DNA of 64,000 nucleotides from Planctomycetota bacterium (GCA_965223545.1 OZ245006.1:1728001-1792000); one strand, 5' to 3'; positions 49,901 through 59,630 are shown, numbered from the stretch's first letter. A program made the numbers and translations. Notes: generated from the letters alone by a model not told the origin.

Positions 49901-50854
49901 CGGCGAGTATCCCGCTGGCAAGCCTGCAACGATCCAACGCTCGCACTGATCGCTCACGGCAGCACCAGACACGCCATTCGCCTGGCGCAGGCGACTGCGG
50001 ACCTGCCGCCCCATGTGCAGTTCAATAGCGGCTACGGGACAATGCGCTGGCTCGAGATGCCGGCACCGCAACTCGCCGGCAAGCGGGAATTGACTGTGCT
50101 ATGGCTCGGTTCATTCAGTCCCGCGCACCGCGGGACTGCATACGGAATCGCCACCTTGTCCCTGCCCTATGCGGGTTCGGATCGCGATGAACGCATCGAG
50201 AAGCCGAGTAACGTCCTCGCGTTCAGTCGCGACCACAGATTCGTGGCCGACAGCGGCTCCGATGAAACCCCGGGCCGGGTCCGGCTGCGCGACGCGAACA
50301 GCGGATACTGCATCGCCGAGTTCCAGGGCAGGTATCGCGGGATCGCGTTCCACCCCGACTCCCAGCGCATCGCCTGCGGCACCGAGGACGGCGGGATCAG
50401 TATCTTCGAAGTACCATCCGGTCGACCACTCGGACACATCGAGTCGGCGCACCACAGCGCGTGCTTGGACGTCGCGTTCTCCCCCGACGGCTCGCGCCTC
50501 GCGAGCGCCGGCAACGACAACCGCCTCCGACTCTGGGACGCCGAGACGCTCGAGCCGCTGCTCGAGTTTCCCGGGCATCGCAGCTACGTGCACAGCGTCG
50601 CGTGGAGCCCGGACGGCACGATGCTCGCGTCAGGGTCCGGTGATCGCGTCGTGCGAGTCTGGGACTCGGTGCCGCGAGAACGGCGTTACCGCCAGTGGTT
50701 GGAGACCCGGGAGCTCGATGTCGAGGTGAGCGCCGAGGTGCGCGCGTGGCACGCGGACGATCCCGAGGGAGTGCTGCCGCGGATTCGCGAGCGATGGGGA
50801 GCCGACGATCGGCGGAGGCTCGCGGCGTTTCGCGTGCTGGCTGGGCTACGCTAG
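46907..50854 (+). CDS. Ser/Thr kinase with TM, WD40 propellers and an inserted LamG-like domain
   Basis: FLDAACGDDAELR N-terminus, HRDLKPDN, DFG, RGWEWAYL, WD40 repeats interrupted at about 49500-50150. Confidence 0.93.
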   Translation: MDPKRFARLREVFAEAREMPVERRAGFLDAACGDDAELREEAEGLLAEDARQTGNAVDRALADDAVFTPAPSTRPTQIGRYRILGICGSGGMGTVYEAEQDSPQRRVALKVLQSETPLPDLLSRFRREAEILARLHHPCIAQIFDAGEFDHDGVSRPYLAMEFVDGSPLLSFAARHRLDVRARIEIFLRICDAIQYAHSQGIVHRDLKPDNIFVVESSSGSAATTSPIGQPKVLDFGVARFADADRKMTIATGAGQLLGSVPYMSPEQAVGSERVGTLSDLYSLGVVLFELLTGRLPYSVRNRPLADALYAIRYDEPSRLGNVVPQLRGDLETIVGKTIEKDPDRRYPTVSALAEDLRHYQQNKPIAARAPSTWYQLRKFTQRNRALVGGTVATILAIVTGAVFALMFALRANDNQLRSEREAYRANIGSASALLESDPAHAARVLDGVAEAQRGWEWAYLSSAQSALLLEFGSVVGPRRREEVGDFHSASKPDFALLAERGQVIAPVSAHEFCVWDVWTGTVARTLTAPAAIQRFDASHDGSLLAAALDDGRVVVTDLRSDEARWQTWIEGRGEAITGIRVERRGRCLAFEAAGRLHFGRPGAWHEVDVGPRTFHTPPLFDFSPDGTHLGALAGPMRFFEVASGQPVGPTIESDQGHWAIAFAPDGKRVAAGQYRREIRLFDPQTGDYDVELLGHNVSVTGVAFSDDGSRLVSRSLDETIRVWDLQRAEQIGVFDAPGTTAVDFVDANHILSLTGGRLRLWTLDARRCRELVGHSGHIYNVVFSGSGRLLASTAPWADICVWDPLRARPLRTAPAERRHVIAFDREGSHLLTAWFHWAGNYVTGAPWLVEGAAQAWKPTRFGIEMAARNESVLVVDGADLAFKASGLIAMRTVHGPNTRVFCDGMHIEPNRTIPAPDLGPYPSLRIGGMHPYQFGGAVVELLVFDGALSERSSADLDTYLAERRAGGTGVLPDLSNEGARLFAHFRASADTIACDEERRVSRWQACNDPTLALIAHGSTRHAIRLAQATADLPPHVQFNSGYGTMRWLEMPAPQLAGKRELTVLWLGSFSPAHRGTAYGIATLSLPYAGSDRDERIEKPSNVLAFSRDHRFVADSGSDETPGRVRLRDANSGYCIAEFQGRYRGIAFHPDSQRIACGTEDGGISIFEVPSGRPLGHIESAHHSACLDVAFSPDGSRLASAGNDNRLRLWDAETLEPLLEFPGHRSYVHSVAWSPDGTMLASGSGDRVVRVWDSVPRERRYRQWLETRELDVEVSAEVRAWHADDPEGVLPRIRERWGADDRRRLAAFRVLAGLR

Positions 50855-50942
50855 TTGGCGAGGCCAACGCCGAGGTCGCGTCGTCACTCTGCCGCACCGG
50901 AAGACGTGGCAAAAGGCCACCGGGGCTACGTGACCGCCGACA

Positions 50943-52577
50943 TCAGCGCGAACGACAGAAACAGGACGCCGCAATGGTCACGGTGGCTTTCGACCATGCC
51001 GTCTCGAAGTCGGCGCGAACTGCCGCTGCTTCTTCCTTGGCACCGCGTCTATCCAAGCACTCTGCGAGGCCGTGCAACGACCACGCGTTGCCCGGGTATC
51101 GTTGCAAGTCGTCTCGATAGCACTGCTCCGCCTCGGCGACGTGACCTTCCTGCAGGAGCAGGGCGCCGAGAGCGTGGCGCGTCGGCATCATCCACGGGTT
51201 GGGTTCCGTGTAGCGCAACGCGGACTCTGCGGAGACTGCGGCGCGCAGTGATCTGAATGCCGCCTTCGAGTCTCCATGCTTGAACGAGGTCTCTCCCGCG
51301 AGCATGTGGCGAGCGACTTCCAGGACATCGCGGGCCGGTACGACGTGAATGTGCTGCGTCTCGGGGACCTTCGCCGCCTGAGCTTCGAACGCTGAAGCCT
51401 CGGTTCTCGCCTCGGTGATTCGTCCCGTGTTGGCGAAGGCAATGCCTCGTGCGTAGTGCCAGATCGCAACTGCATAGGGCTGATCGCGACGCGGACGTGG
51501 ACTGCGCAAGATCTCTTGCCACTCGCCGAAGCGCAGGTAGACGTGGAGATTGGTCGTCAGCCAATCCGCGTAGTTCGGATCGCCCCGCAGTGCCCCGGGG
51601 AAGTCTGCCAGCAGCTCGTCGTACTGCGCCAGCGCGTCCTCGTAGCGGCCCTGGAACATCGCCGACCAGATCATGAAGTGGTGGTTGTGAAGGTGATAGC
51701 TGTGGTAGATCCCGGTGGACTCGGACGTGCCGGTCCTCGCGAAGTACTGTCGGTCGAGCCGGGCCGCCTCGGCGTTCACTCGTACCGAGTCGTCGTAGCG
51801 CCCGGTGCGCATGTAGATGTGCGAGGGCATGTGCACCATGTGGCCCACACCGGGCATGAGGCCACCGAGACGGTCGGCCGCCGCCTCGGCCCTCTCGGGC
51901 TCGTGCGAGGCCTCCATGGTGTGGATGTAGAGGTGGTTGGCACCGGGGTGATGGGGGTCGACATCGAGAACCCGCTCGAGAACGGCGATGACCTCTAGCG
52001 TGTCGTGCTTGGGCGTCCCATCGACATGCCACTGATCCCAGGGGTTCAGGTTGAGCAACGAATCGGCATACAAGAAGCCGACCTCGGTGTGGTCAGGGTA
52101 CTTGCGCCAGAGGCGTCTCATGGCCTCGGCGTAGGCCGAGTTGAGTGACGTTCGAGTCTCCGGACGGGGCCATGCGAATCGCGTCGACAGGGCAGCGATC
52201 AGGTCGCGCTCGAGCTGGGTCGCCTGCGGCGCAAGCGCTCGAGCGCGCTCCAGTGCCTGGAACGCACGCTTGCTGTAGTCAGCTCCTTCGTCCCAGAGAT
52301 TGAAGTTGGGTCCGAGAGCGTACGCTTCACCCCAGCGCGCCATGGCACAGTTTGGATCGATGACTGCTGCGGCTCCGAATGCCCTCGCCGCTTCGTCATG
52401 GTTGAAGCCGTGGCACAGAGCAAGCCCCTGGTTGAAGTAGCGCTGTGCCACAGGATCTTGCGTACTGACCTTCAACTCGTACGCGCCCATCCCGTCGAAC
52501 AGCGGGACGTCGCCATGCGTAGAAGGCGCCGCGCAGGAGCCGAGATAGAGGAGGAGTAGCGGGATGCGGTTCTTCAT
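50943..52577 (-). CDS. TPR-repeat lipoprotein
   Basis: LYLGSC lipobox, AQRYFNQGL..GFNHDEA, HPGANHLYIH, GHMVHMPSHIY, PGNAWSLHGL. Confidence 0.85.
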   Translation of the reverse strand: MKNRIPLLLLYLGSCAAPSTHGDVPLFDGMGAYELKVSTQDPVAQRYFNQGLALCHGFNHDEAARAFGAAAVIDPNCAMARWGEAYALGPNFNLWDEGADYSKRAFQALERARALAPQATQLERDLIAALSTRFAWPRPETRTSLNSAYAEAMRRLWRKYPDHTEVGFLYADSLLNLNPWDQWHVDGTPKHDTLEVIAVLERVLDVDPHHPGANHLYIHTMEASHEPERAEAAADRLGGLMPGVGHMVHMPSHIYMRTGRYDDSVRVNAEAARLDRQYFARTGTSESTGIYHSYHLHNHHFMIWSAMFQGRYEDALAQYDELLADFPGALRGDPNYADWLTTNLHVYLRFGEWQEILRSPRPRRDQPYAVAIWHYARGIAFANTGRITEARTEASAFEAQAAKVPETQHIHVVPARDVLEVARHMLAGETSFKHGDSKAAFRSLRAAVSAESALRYTEPNPWMMPTRHALGALLLQEGHVAEAEQCYRDDLQRYPGNAWSLHGLAECLDRRGAKEEAAAVRADFETAWSKATVTIAASCFCRSR

Positions 52578-52834
52578 GTCGTGTTCGTCGCGCCCGTCGC
52601 CCAACCCTCAGGCGACGATCGGCCGACATGAAGTTGCCGCGCGCTTCTCGGTTCGCGTCCGAGTTCGAAGAATCTCAGCGCGGCCGGGGCCGCAACCAAA
52701 CACGGAGCATTCCGCGACCCGAGCGTCGGTCGCGGGTCCCGCGGTCGCCGGCGGCCGCGCTGAGCCCAGAGGCACTGCCTCTCCGACCCTCCGACGCCGC
52801 GGCGCCGTTGCCAGGGCAGCGGCGTCGCCTCAGG

Positions 52835-54280
52835 TCAGCCGTCCGCTGGCAGGATGTTCTGGTTGACCCTGAAGAAGTTGTCGGGGTCCCAAGCGGCTTT
52901 GACTCGCCTCAGGCGCTCGTAGTTGTCGACGCCGAGTGAAGCGCGCACCAGCTGCTCTCCTTCCTCGCCGAGTCCGGGGAAGTTGAGATAGGCGCCACCA
53001 CTGCCCGAGAAGGCGTGCATCTCCTGCCAGAGCTCCCGCGTCCAGCTGATGCAGGTCTCGTCCTTGGCCTGGTCCTGCCACCCGGTGTCCAAACTGAACA
53101 AGTACTTCGCGGATCGGTTGCCCAACGCGGTCTCGTGCTCCGCGACTTCCGAGGCCGCGCCATCGAGGTGCCAGATCGCTACCAGGGCCCAGGGATCGGG
53201 TCGGGCGACCGCACGTTCGGCGATGAAGTCCAGAACCTCGTCATCGAAGCGGTCGAGATAAATGGACTTCCAGTAGTTGCGCCGCTCGCCTGGCTGAAAG
53301 AACGGGTCGAGTATCTGCTGCGACTCACACCACGTCATCGGCGCGGTGATGTCGAGGATCGGCTCGTGGAGGTTGCGCAATGGAGCGAGCAACTCGAGCC
53401 CCTCGGCCACGGGGCCCGTCCAGCATCCGCCGATCATGCAGACGGGCTGGTTGCGGGCTTCGGCGGGAAAGGAGTCGGCGTCCGGGATCGTCCACAGATT
53501 GAAGTTGGAAGCCAGTTCTGGTGGCGACTCCTGCATGAAGTCGCGCCATGCCGCCAGGACAGATCGCGCCTTCTCGATCGGATAGGCGATCCCGACGAGC
53601 ACGACCTCTGGGCCCACGGGGTAGAGCTCGAACTCGAACCCGGTCACCACACCGAAGTTGCCGCCGCCTCCGCGCAGCCCCCAGTAGAGATCCTCGTTCT
53701 GGTCCGGAGAGGCGCGCACGACTCGACCGTCCGCGGTCACGACTTCGAAAGTCCTGACGGCGTCGCAGGCCAACCCGAAGCGCCGCCTCAGCCAGCCGTA
53801 GCCTCCACACAGGGTGAGCCCAGCGACTCCGGTTTGCGAAACGACGCCGAGAGGGGCCGCGAGCCCATGGACCTGCGTTTCGCGATCGACGTCTCCCAAC
53901 GTGCAGCCACCGCTGACCCATGCGCGTCGCCGCGCTGGGTCGACGACCACGTTGCGGAAGCGAGAAAGATCGATGACGAGCCCCTGATCCACGAGAGCGT
54001 TGCCGGCGACGTTGTGCCCCCCACCGCGGATCGCCGTGCGCATTCCATGCCGCCGACCGAACTCCACAGCGCGGATCACGTCCGCGACGCCGGTCACCTG
54101 CACGACCACGGTGGGTCGGACGTCGATCGCCCCGTTCCATATCACCCGAGCCGCGTCGTATCCGGGATCCGTTTGGGTGAGGCATGCTCCCCTGTGCGAG
54201 GTTCGCAGATTCTGCAGGTCGATGGGTGCCAGCTCATGCTCGGCGCCCCCATGGTCGCGAAAGGTCAGCTCGTTGCTCAT
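52835..54280 (-). CDS. FAD-binding oxidoreductase (berberine-bridge enzyme / 6-HDNO family)
   Basis: RGGGHNVAG (covalent-FAD His), TGVAGLTLCGGYG, LRGGGGNFGVV, YLNF..WDPDNFFRVNQNI; ATGA-coupled to the upstream kinase. Confidence 0.93.
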   Translation of the reverse strand: MSNELTFRDHGGAEHELAPIDLQNLRTSHRGACLTQTDPGYDAARVIWNGAIDVRPTVVVQVTGVADVIRAVEFGRRHGMRTAIRGGGHNVAGNALVDQGLVIDLSRFRNVVVDPARRRAWVSGGCTLGDVDRETQVHGLAAPLGVVSQTGVAGLTLCGGYGWLRRRFGLACDAVRTFEVVTADGRVVRASPDQNEDLYWGLRGGGGNFGVVTGFEFELYPVGPEVVLVGIAYPIEKARSVLAAWRDFMQESPPELASNFNLWTIPDADSFPAEARNQPVCMIGGCWTGPVAEGLELLAPLRNLHEPILDITAPMTWCESQQILDPFFQPGERRNYWKSIYLDRFDDEVLDFIAERAVARPDPWALVAIWHLDGAASEVAEHETALGNRSAKYLFSLDTGWQDQAKDETCISWTRELWQEMHAFSGSGGAYLNFPGLGEEGEQLVRASLGVDNYERLRRVKAAWDPDNFFRVNQNILPADG

Positions 54281-56394
54281 GGAATGTCGGGTGTCCGCCT
54301 GTCGTCCTCGAGGCCCGCATCGAGCAGGTCCTGGATCAGCTTGCTTCTGACGGCCGGATCCTCGTACGGCTGGGACTCGGCGAAGGCCTCGAGCGAGAAG
54401 TTCGGTTTGAGGCGCCTGATCTCGGCGGTGGCCTGCGCCCCGTCTTTCGTGCGTCCCGTCGATCCACACACGGCGGCCAACACGATGTACGCATCGATGC
54501 TCTCTGCATCGAGTTCGAGGGCGCGCTTGGCCGCTGCCACGGCGTTGTCCATCTGCCCGGTCAGGTAGTAGCTCGTTGCCAGGACCGCTGGGAACAGATG
54601 CGGGGTGAACGGCGAGAGCCGATAGGACATCGCGGCGAACTCGATGCCACGCTGGGGATCGCCGGTGTAGTTGTAGATGTTCCCGAGCAGCGCGTAGATC
54701 CATGGACAACCCGAGCGCCGGGTCAACGCGACCTCCGCCGCTCCGCGCGCAGCCGCGTGCTCGCCACGACGCACGAGCAGGGTGGCACGCAGCATGTAGG
54801 CGAGGCCGCCGGGATCGCCGCGCTCGATCGCCGATGCCGCATACTCGTCGGCCCGGCTCATGGTGCCGGCCAAGTCCTCGGCGAGGCCGTTGATCGTCTC
54901 CGTGTAGTAGGACCAGCCCTGGTGAGTCGGCACCAACCAGGTCCCCGGCTCGATCTCCTCGGCCTCGGCGAGCAGTCGCCTCGCGCGGACCAGGTCGTCT
55001 CTGCGCGGCGAGAACACCAACGGGATCGCCTGGTAGTACAGTTCGCGCGCCCTACGGTCGCGGAACTCGTTCGCCATCACCACGCTGGCTTCGCCGTGTA
55101 GAAGGTTGACGTCGAGCGCGGCCAGAATCTTGGCGTTGACCTCATCCTGCAGTGCGAACAGCTCATCGATGTCGCGGTCGTACCGTTCTGCCCAGACCGG
55201 TTGACCGGTCTCGGCCTCCAGGAGCTGAACGGTCAGACGGACTCGATCGCCGGCGCGGCGCACCGCCCCTTCGAGGATGTGGCGAACACGCAGTTCGGCG
55301 CCGATCGACCGCGGATCTGCCGTGCGGCCGCGGTAGGTCGCCATGGTCGGTGACGCGACCAGGAACAGACCCGACAGCTTGACGAGCTCTGCATGCAGAT
55401 CGAACCAGAGACCGTCGGCGAGGTGCTGATCGTCCGCTTGCCCGCTGAGACTCGCGAACGGGAGGATCGCCACCGATGGCCTCGACGGCAGCGGCATGTC
55501 CACGAGGGGCTCCTGCGGCGCATCCCTCAACGTGTACTCGTGGACTCCTGTCGGGAGGGCGGCAGCATCCTCGGGAGAGTCGAGCTCACGCAGCAGCTGG
55601 CTGATGCTCGGGTAGCGGTCGTCGGGGTCCTTGGGCAGGCATCGACACAGGATGTGCTCGATGATCGGTGCCTCTTCGACCGCGGCGCCTGTGGGAGGGT
55701 GCGGATTGTCGTTCAGAATCGCCGCCATGACCTCCGCAGAGGCTTCGCCTGCGAACGGGCGCCGCCCGGTCGCCATCTCGTAGAGGACGATGCCGAGAGA
55801 GAAGATGTCCGACCGCGCATCGACGGGCCGCCCCTTGAGCTGCTCGGGAGACATGTACGGGATCGTGCCGACAGCGACACCAGACCTGGTGACGCAGCGT
55901 GACGCCTCCGCATCGCCCTCTTCTTGTTTCAGTCTGGCGAGGCCGAAGTCGACCAGCTTCACCTTGCCCGCCGGAGTGACCATGATGTTCGCGGGCTTGA
56001 GGTCCCTGTGGATGACGCCCTTGGCGTGGGCTGCGGCCAGGCCCTCCGCGATGGCTCTGGTGAAGTCCAGCCACTTCTTCGCGGTCATTCCACCCCGTGG
56101 AATGTGCCCGTCCAGCGACCGGCCTTCGACCAAGCCCATGGTCAGGAACTGGCGCCCGTCGTGCTCATCCACCGAGTGCACAGCCACGATGTTCGGATGG
56201 TCGAGGGCCGCGAGCGCCTTGGCCTCCCGCTGAAAGCGATGGAGCAGCTCCGCGTCACTCGCGGTGCTCTCGGGCATCACCTTGAGCGCCACGAGGCGAT
56301 CCAACTTGGTGTCGCGCGCGCGGTAGACCTCGCCCATCGCGCCCTTGCCAAGAGGCTCTTGAATCTCATAGTGAGCCACGCGGGAGCCGATCAC
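54277..56394 (-). CDS. Cytoplasmic Ser/Thr kinase with TolB-N-like and TPR domains
   Basis: GKGAMG, HRDLKPAN, DFG, PSVAILPF...ILEGAVRRAGDRVRLTVQL..WAERYDR, TPR helices. Confidence 0.92.
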   Translation of the reverse strand: MIGSRVAHYEIQEPLGKGAMGEVYRARDTKLDRLVALKVMPESTASDAELLHRFQREAKALAALDHPNIVAVHSVDEHDGRQFLTMGLVEGRSLDGHIPRGGMTAKKWLDFTRAIAEGLAAAHAKGVIHRDLKPANIMVTPAGKVKLVDFGLARLKQEEGDAEASRCVTRSGVAVGTIPYMSPEQLKGRPVDARSDIFSLGIVLYEMATGRRPFAGEASAEVMAAILNDNPHPPTGAAVEEAPIIEHILCRCLPKDPDDRYPSISQLLRELDSPEDAAALPTGVHEYTLRDAPQEPLVDMPLPSRPSVAILPFASLSGQADDQHLADGLWFDLHAELVKLSGLFLVASPTMATYRGRTADPRSIGAELRVRHILEGAVRRAGDRVRLTVQLLEAETGQPVWAERYDRDIDELFALQDEVNAKILAALDVNLLHGEASVVMANEFRDRRARELYYQAIPLVFSPRRDDLVRARRLLAEAEEIEPGTWLVPTHQGWSYYTETINGLAEDLAGTMSRADEYAASAIERGDPGGLAYMLRATLLVRRGEHAAARGAAEVALTRRSGCPWIYALLGNIYNYTGDPQRGIEFAAMSYRLSPFTPHLFPAVLATSYYLTGQMDNAVAAAKRALELDAESIDAYIVLAAVCGSTGRTKDGAQATAEIRRLKPNFSLEAFAESQPYEDPAVRSKLIQDLLDAGLEDDRRTPDIP

Positions 56395-56578
56395 GATCGG
56401 TTCCCTCCGCGGGTGAAGCAGAAGGTAGACAGAGTCATCGAAGGCGGGGGCATTTGGCTGGCCGGACACACGGGAGTTGCCGACAGCGCGCATTCTCGCA
56501 CCCAATCTCGAAAACTGGCGATCCGACGGCGATTTTGACCCGCGGCACCCGGCTCCCGAGCTGTCGGATCGGCTGTGA

Positions 56579-57250
56579 CTACTCGAGTAGGCCCATCAGA
56601 CGGTGACACTCGGCGTCGATGTGCGCACCGGCGCATCGCTCGGCCAGGCCCACGGTCTGGCGGAGTGCAGATCGAAACTCGCGCTTGGCCTTGGCCTGCT
56701 CGAGGTGCAGCTCGTGACCGTCGGACTGCCAGAATCGAGCGATCTCCCGGATCGACTTCCCGTTCTCCGCGCGCTCCCGAAGCAGCTCGACTCGCCGCAG
56801 CGCGGCCTCGCCTTGAATCCGAGCGCGCTGCTCCATCGTCGCCATGGCTTCGCGCACGATGGCTCGCGCGTATTCTCGGTCGAAGAGGCGCGAGAGACCC
56901 GACTCATCGGATGCCAAGTCATCGACGTGGCCGAGCTGGATCCTGGCCGTTCTCCGTGCCCGAGTCCGTTCCCAGTGGAGTGCGACGTTTCGCGAGACGC
57001 CGAAGAGGAAAGCGCGAAAGCCAGTGGTGATCCCGTCAGCGCGCTCCAGCGCACCTCCGTTGCGCAGGCACGCCACGAACACCTCTTGGATGGCGTCGTC
57101 GATGTCCTCCGCCATGGGCGTCCCTTTCCACCTCGCTGTCAGGATGGCACGGACAGCCGGCAGGTAGCGCCGGCCGAACTCCTCACGCTGCGCGTCGTCG
57201 CCGTCGGCGGCCGCGCGGATCAGGGTCCAACAGGTCTCCGCGGAAGGCAC
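56579..57250 (-). CDS. ECF sigma factor
   Basis: TCWTLIRAAADGD, IDDAIQEVF, FRAFL, FDREYAR, SIREIA. Confidence 0.85.
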   Translation of the reverse strand: MPSAETCWTLIRAAADGDDAQREEFGRRYLPAVRAILTARWKGTPMAEDIDDAIQEVFVACLRNGGALERADGITTGFRAFLFGVSRNVALHWERTRARRTARIQLGHVDDLASDESGLSRLFDREYARAIVREAMATMEQRARIQGEAALRRVELLRERAENGKSIREIARFWQSDGHELHLEQAKAKREFRSALRQTVGLAERCAGAHIDAECHRLMGLLE

Positions 57251-57559
57251 GGAGCGGAGTGTAGCAGGGTTGCGGGGCTGGCCCGGGGACCGAGAAGGGA
57301 CCGAGGAACGCCTGCCGTCGAGGCCGGGAGCCCCTGCTCTCTCGGCGATCTTCGTCCCCGCGGAAATCATTTGCGTAGGAAGCTCCTCGCTCGCCGTGGC
57401 CTCGAGAGTTCTCTTGCACCGGAAATGCTCCAAGACCATCCTAAGTAGATGCGATCTCTGATCTAACGACATCTGGACCGACTTTGGTCTCCCGCGACCC
57501 AGATGATTTGCATTGAAAATATCGGGGGGCGAAGCGCTAGCATGTGGATCCAGGCGCCG

Positions 57560-57843
57560 ACGCACCGCGCAGTGCATTTCAGCAGTGCGACGATGACCGG
57601 CTTCCTCAACGGCTCGAGAAGCGCGGCTTCGTCGAGCGCCCCCGAAGAGAGACGGACCGACGCACGGTAGTGCTGTCGGGCACCGAGATCGGGAACGAGG
57701 CGCTCGCACGTGCTCCATCCCTGTTGCGGGACCGGTCCCGCCAAGAGCGGGCCGACCTGGAGACGTGGGAGCAAATGATGATGCAGCCGCAGCAGCCGAT
57801 CGACCCCCGCGCACACGTCGACCCGACGACCCCTCCCGCCTGA
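57560..57843 (+). pseudogene. Degraded MarR-family regulator (EctR-like) remnant
   Basis: VHFSSATMTGFLN, a frameshift, then RLEKRGFVER..TDRR..G..ALARAPSLL..LETWEQ; N-terminus missing. Confidence 0.65.
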
Positions 57844-57879
57844 ACTGACCACCGAACGCCGGCTGACCAAATCAACACC

Positions 57880-59541
57880 ATGGTTCCCTCGACGACCGAG
57901 CATCAGCTCGACGAAGCGACCTCTGCCCGACTCGAACGTATCTGGAAGAAGGCCTACGCCGCCTCCACTCGCGACGACTTGCTCCGTCTCTACGAGGAAT
58001 GGGCAGAGACGTACGACGAAGACCACCAAGCGATCGGTTTCTTCGGCCATCGAACCGCCTCTCGCGCGCTGGCGAAGTACACCCCGTTCGCCGAGGTAGC
58101 CAGCGTCCTCGATGCAGGCTGCGGAACGGGGGCCGCGGGCGAAGCGCTTTGGCCGCACGGCTTTCGCAACCTCACCGGAGTCGACCTGTCCAAGGAGATG
58201 CTGGCGCGGGCCAAGGACAAGGGCATCTACCGGCACCTCGCTCAGGCCGACCTCGGGCAGCCCCTGGATCCGTTCCCGTGCAACCACTTCGACGCGGCCG
58301 TCTTGGTCGGGGTGTTCTCCTTCGGCCAGGCTCCGGCGCACACCCTCGACGAGATCGTTCGGCTGGTGAAGCCCGGAGGGGTCATCACCTTCACGATGCG
58401 CGTCGACTTCTTCGAACAGGACGCGATGTCCGTGCGCAGCAAGATGGAGGAGCTGGACCAGGCTCACGCGTGGAAGCTCCTCGAGATCACCGAGCCGGAG
58501 CAGTACCTGCCGAAGAAGGACCCTCGGGCCTTGTTTCGGGTCTGGTGCTATCGGGTCCTGGAGACGAAGACTCCGCCGGTGGACGAGGCCTTTGCCGCGG
58601 CGGTGCGCGAGGCCTTCATGGCGAATTCTCCAGTCAAGCGCATCGACCACGCATTCATCTGGAACTCGGTCGGCTCGCGCTTGTACGACCGCTACACCGA
58701 GTGCCCGGACTACTACCTGACCGACGCGGAAGTCGAGATCCTCGCGGAGAACGCGGCGGAGATCCTCGACGATGGGCGGCTGCTCGTCGAGCTCGGATGC
58801 GGCTCGGCAAAGAAGATCTCGCGCCTGCTCGACGCCGCGGTCGCCGATGGCTCGGGAGCGGGCTTCACCTACACGCCCGTCGATGTGTCGCAGGGTGCTC
58901 TCGACGCCACCAAAGCCGAGATCGATGCCCGATTCGAAGGCCGCGTGGACGTTGCGCCCCGGTGCGGCCGCTTCGACGAAGTGCTCGCCAGCGTCCCCGT
59001 TCAGCAAGACAAGCTGATCGTGTTCTTCGGCGGTTCCATCGGCAATCTCGAGACCCCCGAGGAGACGGTCACGTTCCTCGAGAGCATCCGCGACCGGATG
59101 ACGACCGCCGACCGATTCGTGGTCGGCATCGATCTACACAAGGACGACGAGGTGTTTCGCGCCGCCTACGAGGCCGGCCCGCGCAATCGCTCGTTCTTCC
59201 TCAACATGATTCGCCGGATCAACCGCGAGCTCGGCGCGAACTTCGACCTGGCAGCCTTCCGTCAACGCTCTCCGTACGAGGCGGACCCTCCGTTCCGCGG
59301 CCTCGAGACTCGTTGCGTCCAGCTTCGCCTGGCCACCGAGCGGCCACAGGATGTATACATTTCTTCGATGCACATGGAGGTGCACCTCGACGAGGGCGAC
59401 TCGGTGCAAGTCGGGACGTCGCGAAAGTTCCGGGTCGAGGACATCGAGCGCCTCGGAGCGCTCGCGGGCCTCGAGCTGAAGCGGCAGTGGTTCGACAGCA
59501 GGCGCTTCTTCTCGCTCAACGAGTTCGTTCGCAACGCCTGA
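57880..59541 (+). CDS. Fusion of a class I SAM methyltransferase and an EgtD-like (Methyltransf_33) N-methyltransferase
   Basis: N-terminal YEEWAETYD, LDAGCGTG, GVDLSKEML; C-terminal GSRLY..PDYY, VELGCGS, SIGNL, GIDLHKD..AY, INRELGANFD, SRKF. Confidence 0.88.
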   Translation: MVPSTTEHQLDEATSARLERIWKKAYAASTRDDLLRLYEEWAETYDEDHQAIGFFGHRTASRALAKYTPFAEVASVLDAGCGTGAAGEALWPHGFRNLTGVDLSKEMLARAKDKGIYRHLAQADLGQPLDPFPCNHFDAAVLVGVFSFGQAPAHTLDEIVRLVKPGGVITFTMRVDFFEQDAMSVRSKMEELDQAHAWKLLEITEPEQYLPKKDPRALFRVWCYRVLETKTPPVDEAFAAAVREAFMANSPVKRIDHAFIWNSVGSRLYDRYTECPDYYLTDAEVEILAENAAEILDDGRLLVELGCGSAKKISRLLDAAVADGSGAGFTYTPVDVSQGALDATKAEIDARFEGRVDVAPRCGRFDEVLASVPVQQDKLIVFFGGSIGNLETPEETVTFLESIRDRMTTADRFVVGIDLHKDDEVFRAAYEAGPRNRSFFLNMIRRINRELGANFDLAAFRQRSPYEADPPFRGLETRCVQLRLATERPQDVYISSMHMEVHLDEGDSVQVGTSRKFRVEDIERLGALAGLELKRQWFDSRRFFSLNEFVRNA

Positions 59542-59630
59542 TCTGGAGGCCAGGCCATGCCAGACTGGACACACCGGAGTCGCCAGATCGAGGACGCCTG
59601 CCGAGAACCCCAGCCGCACCCCGTGTCGTC

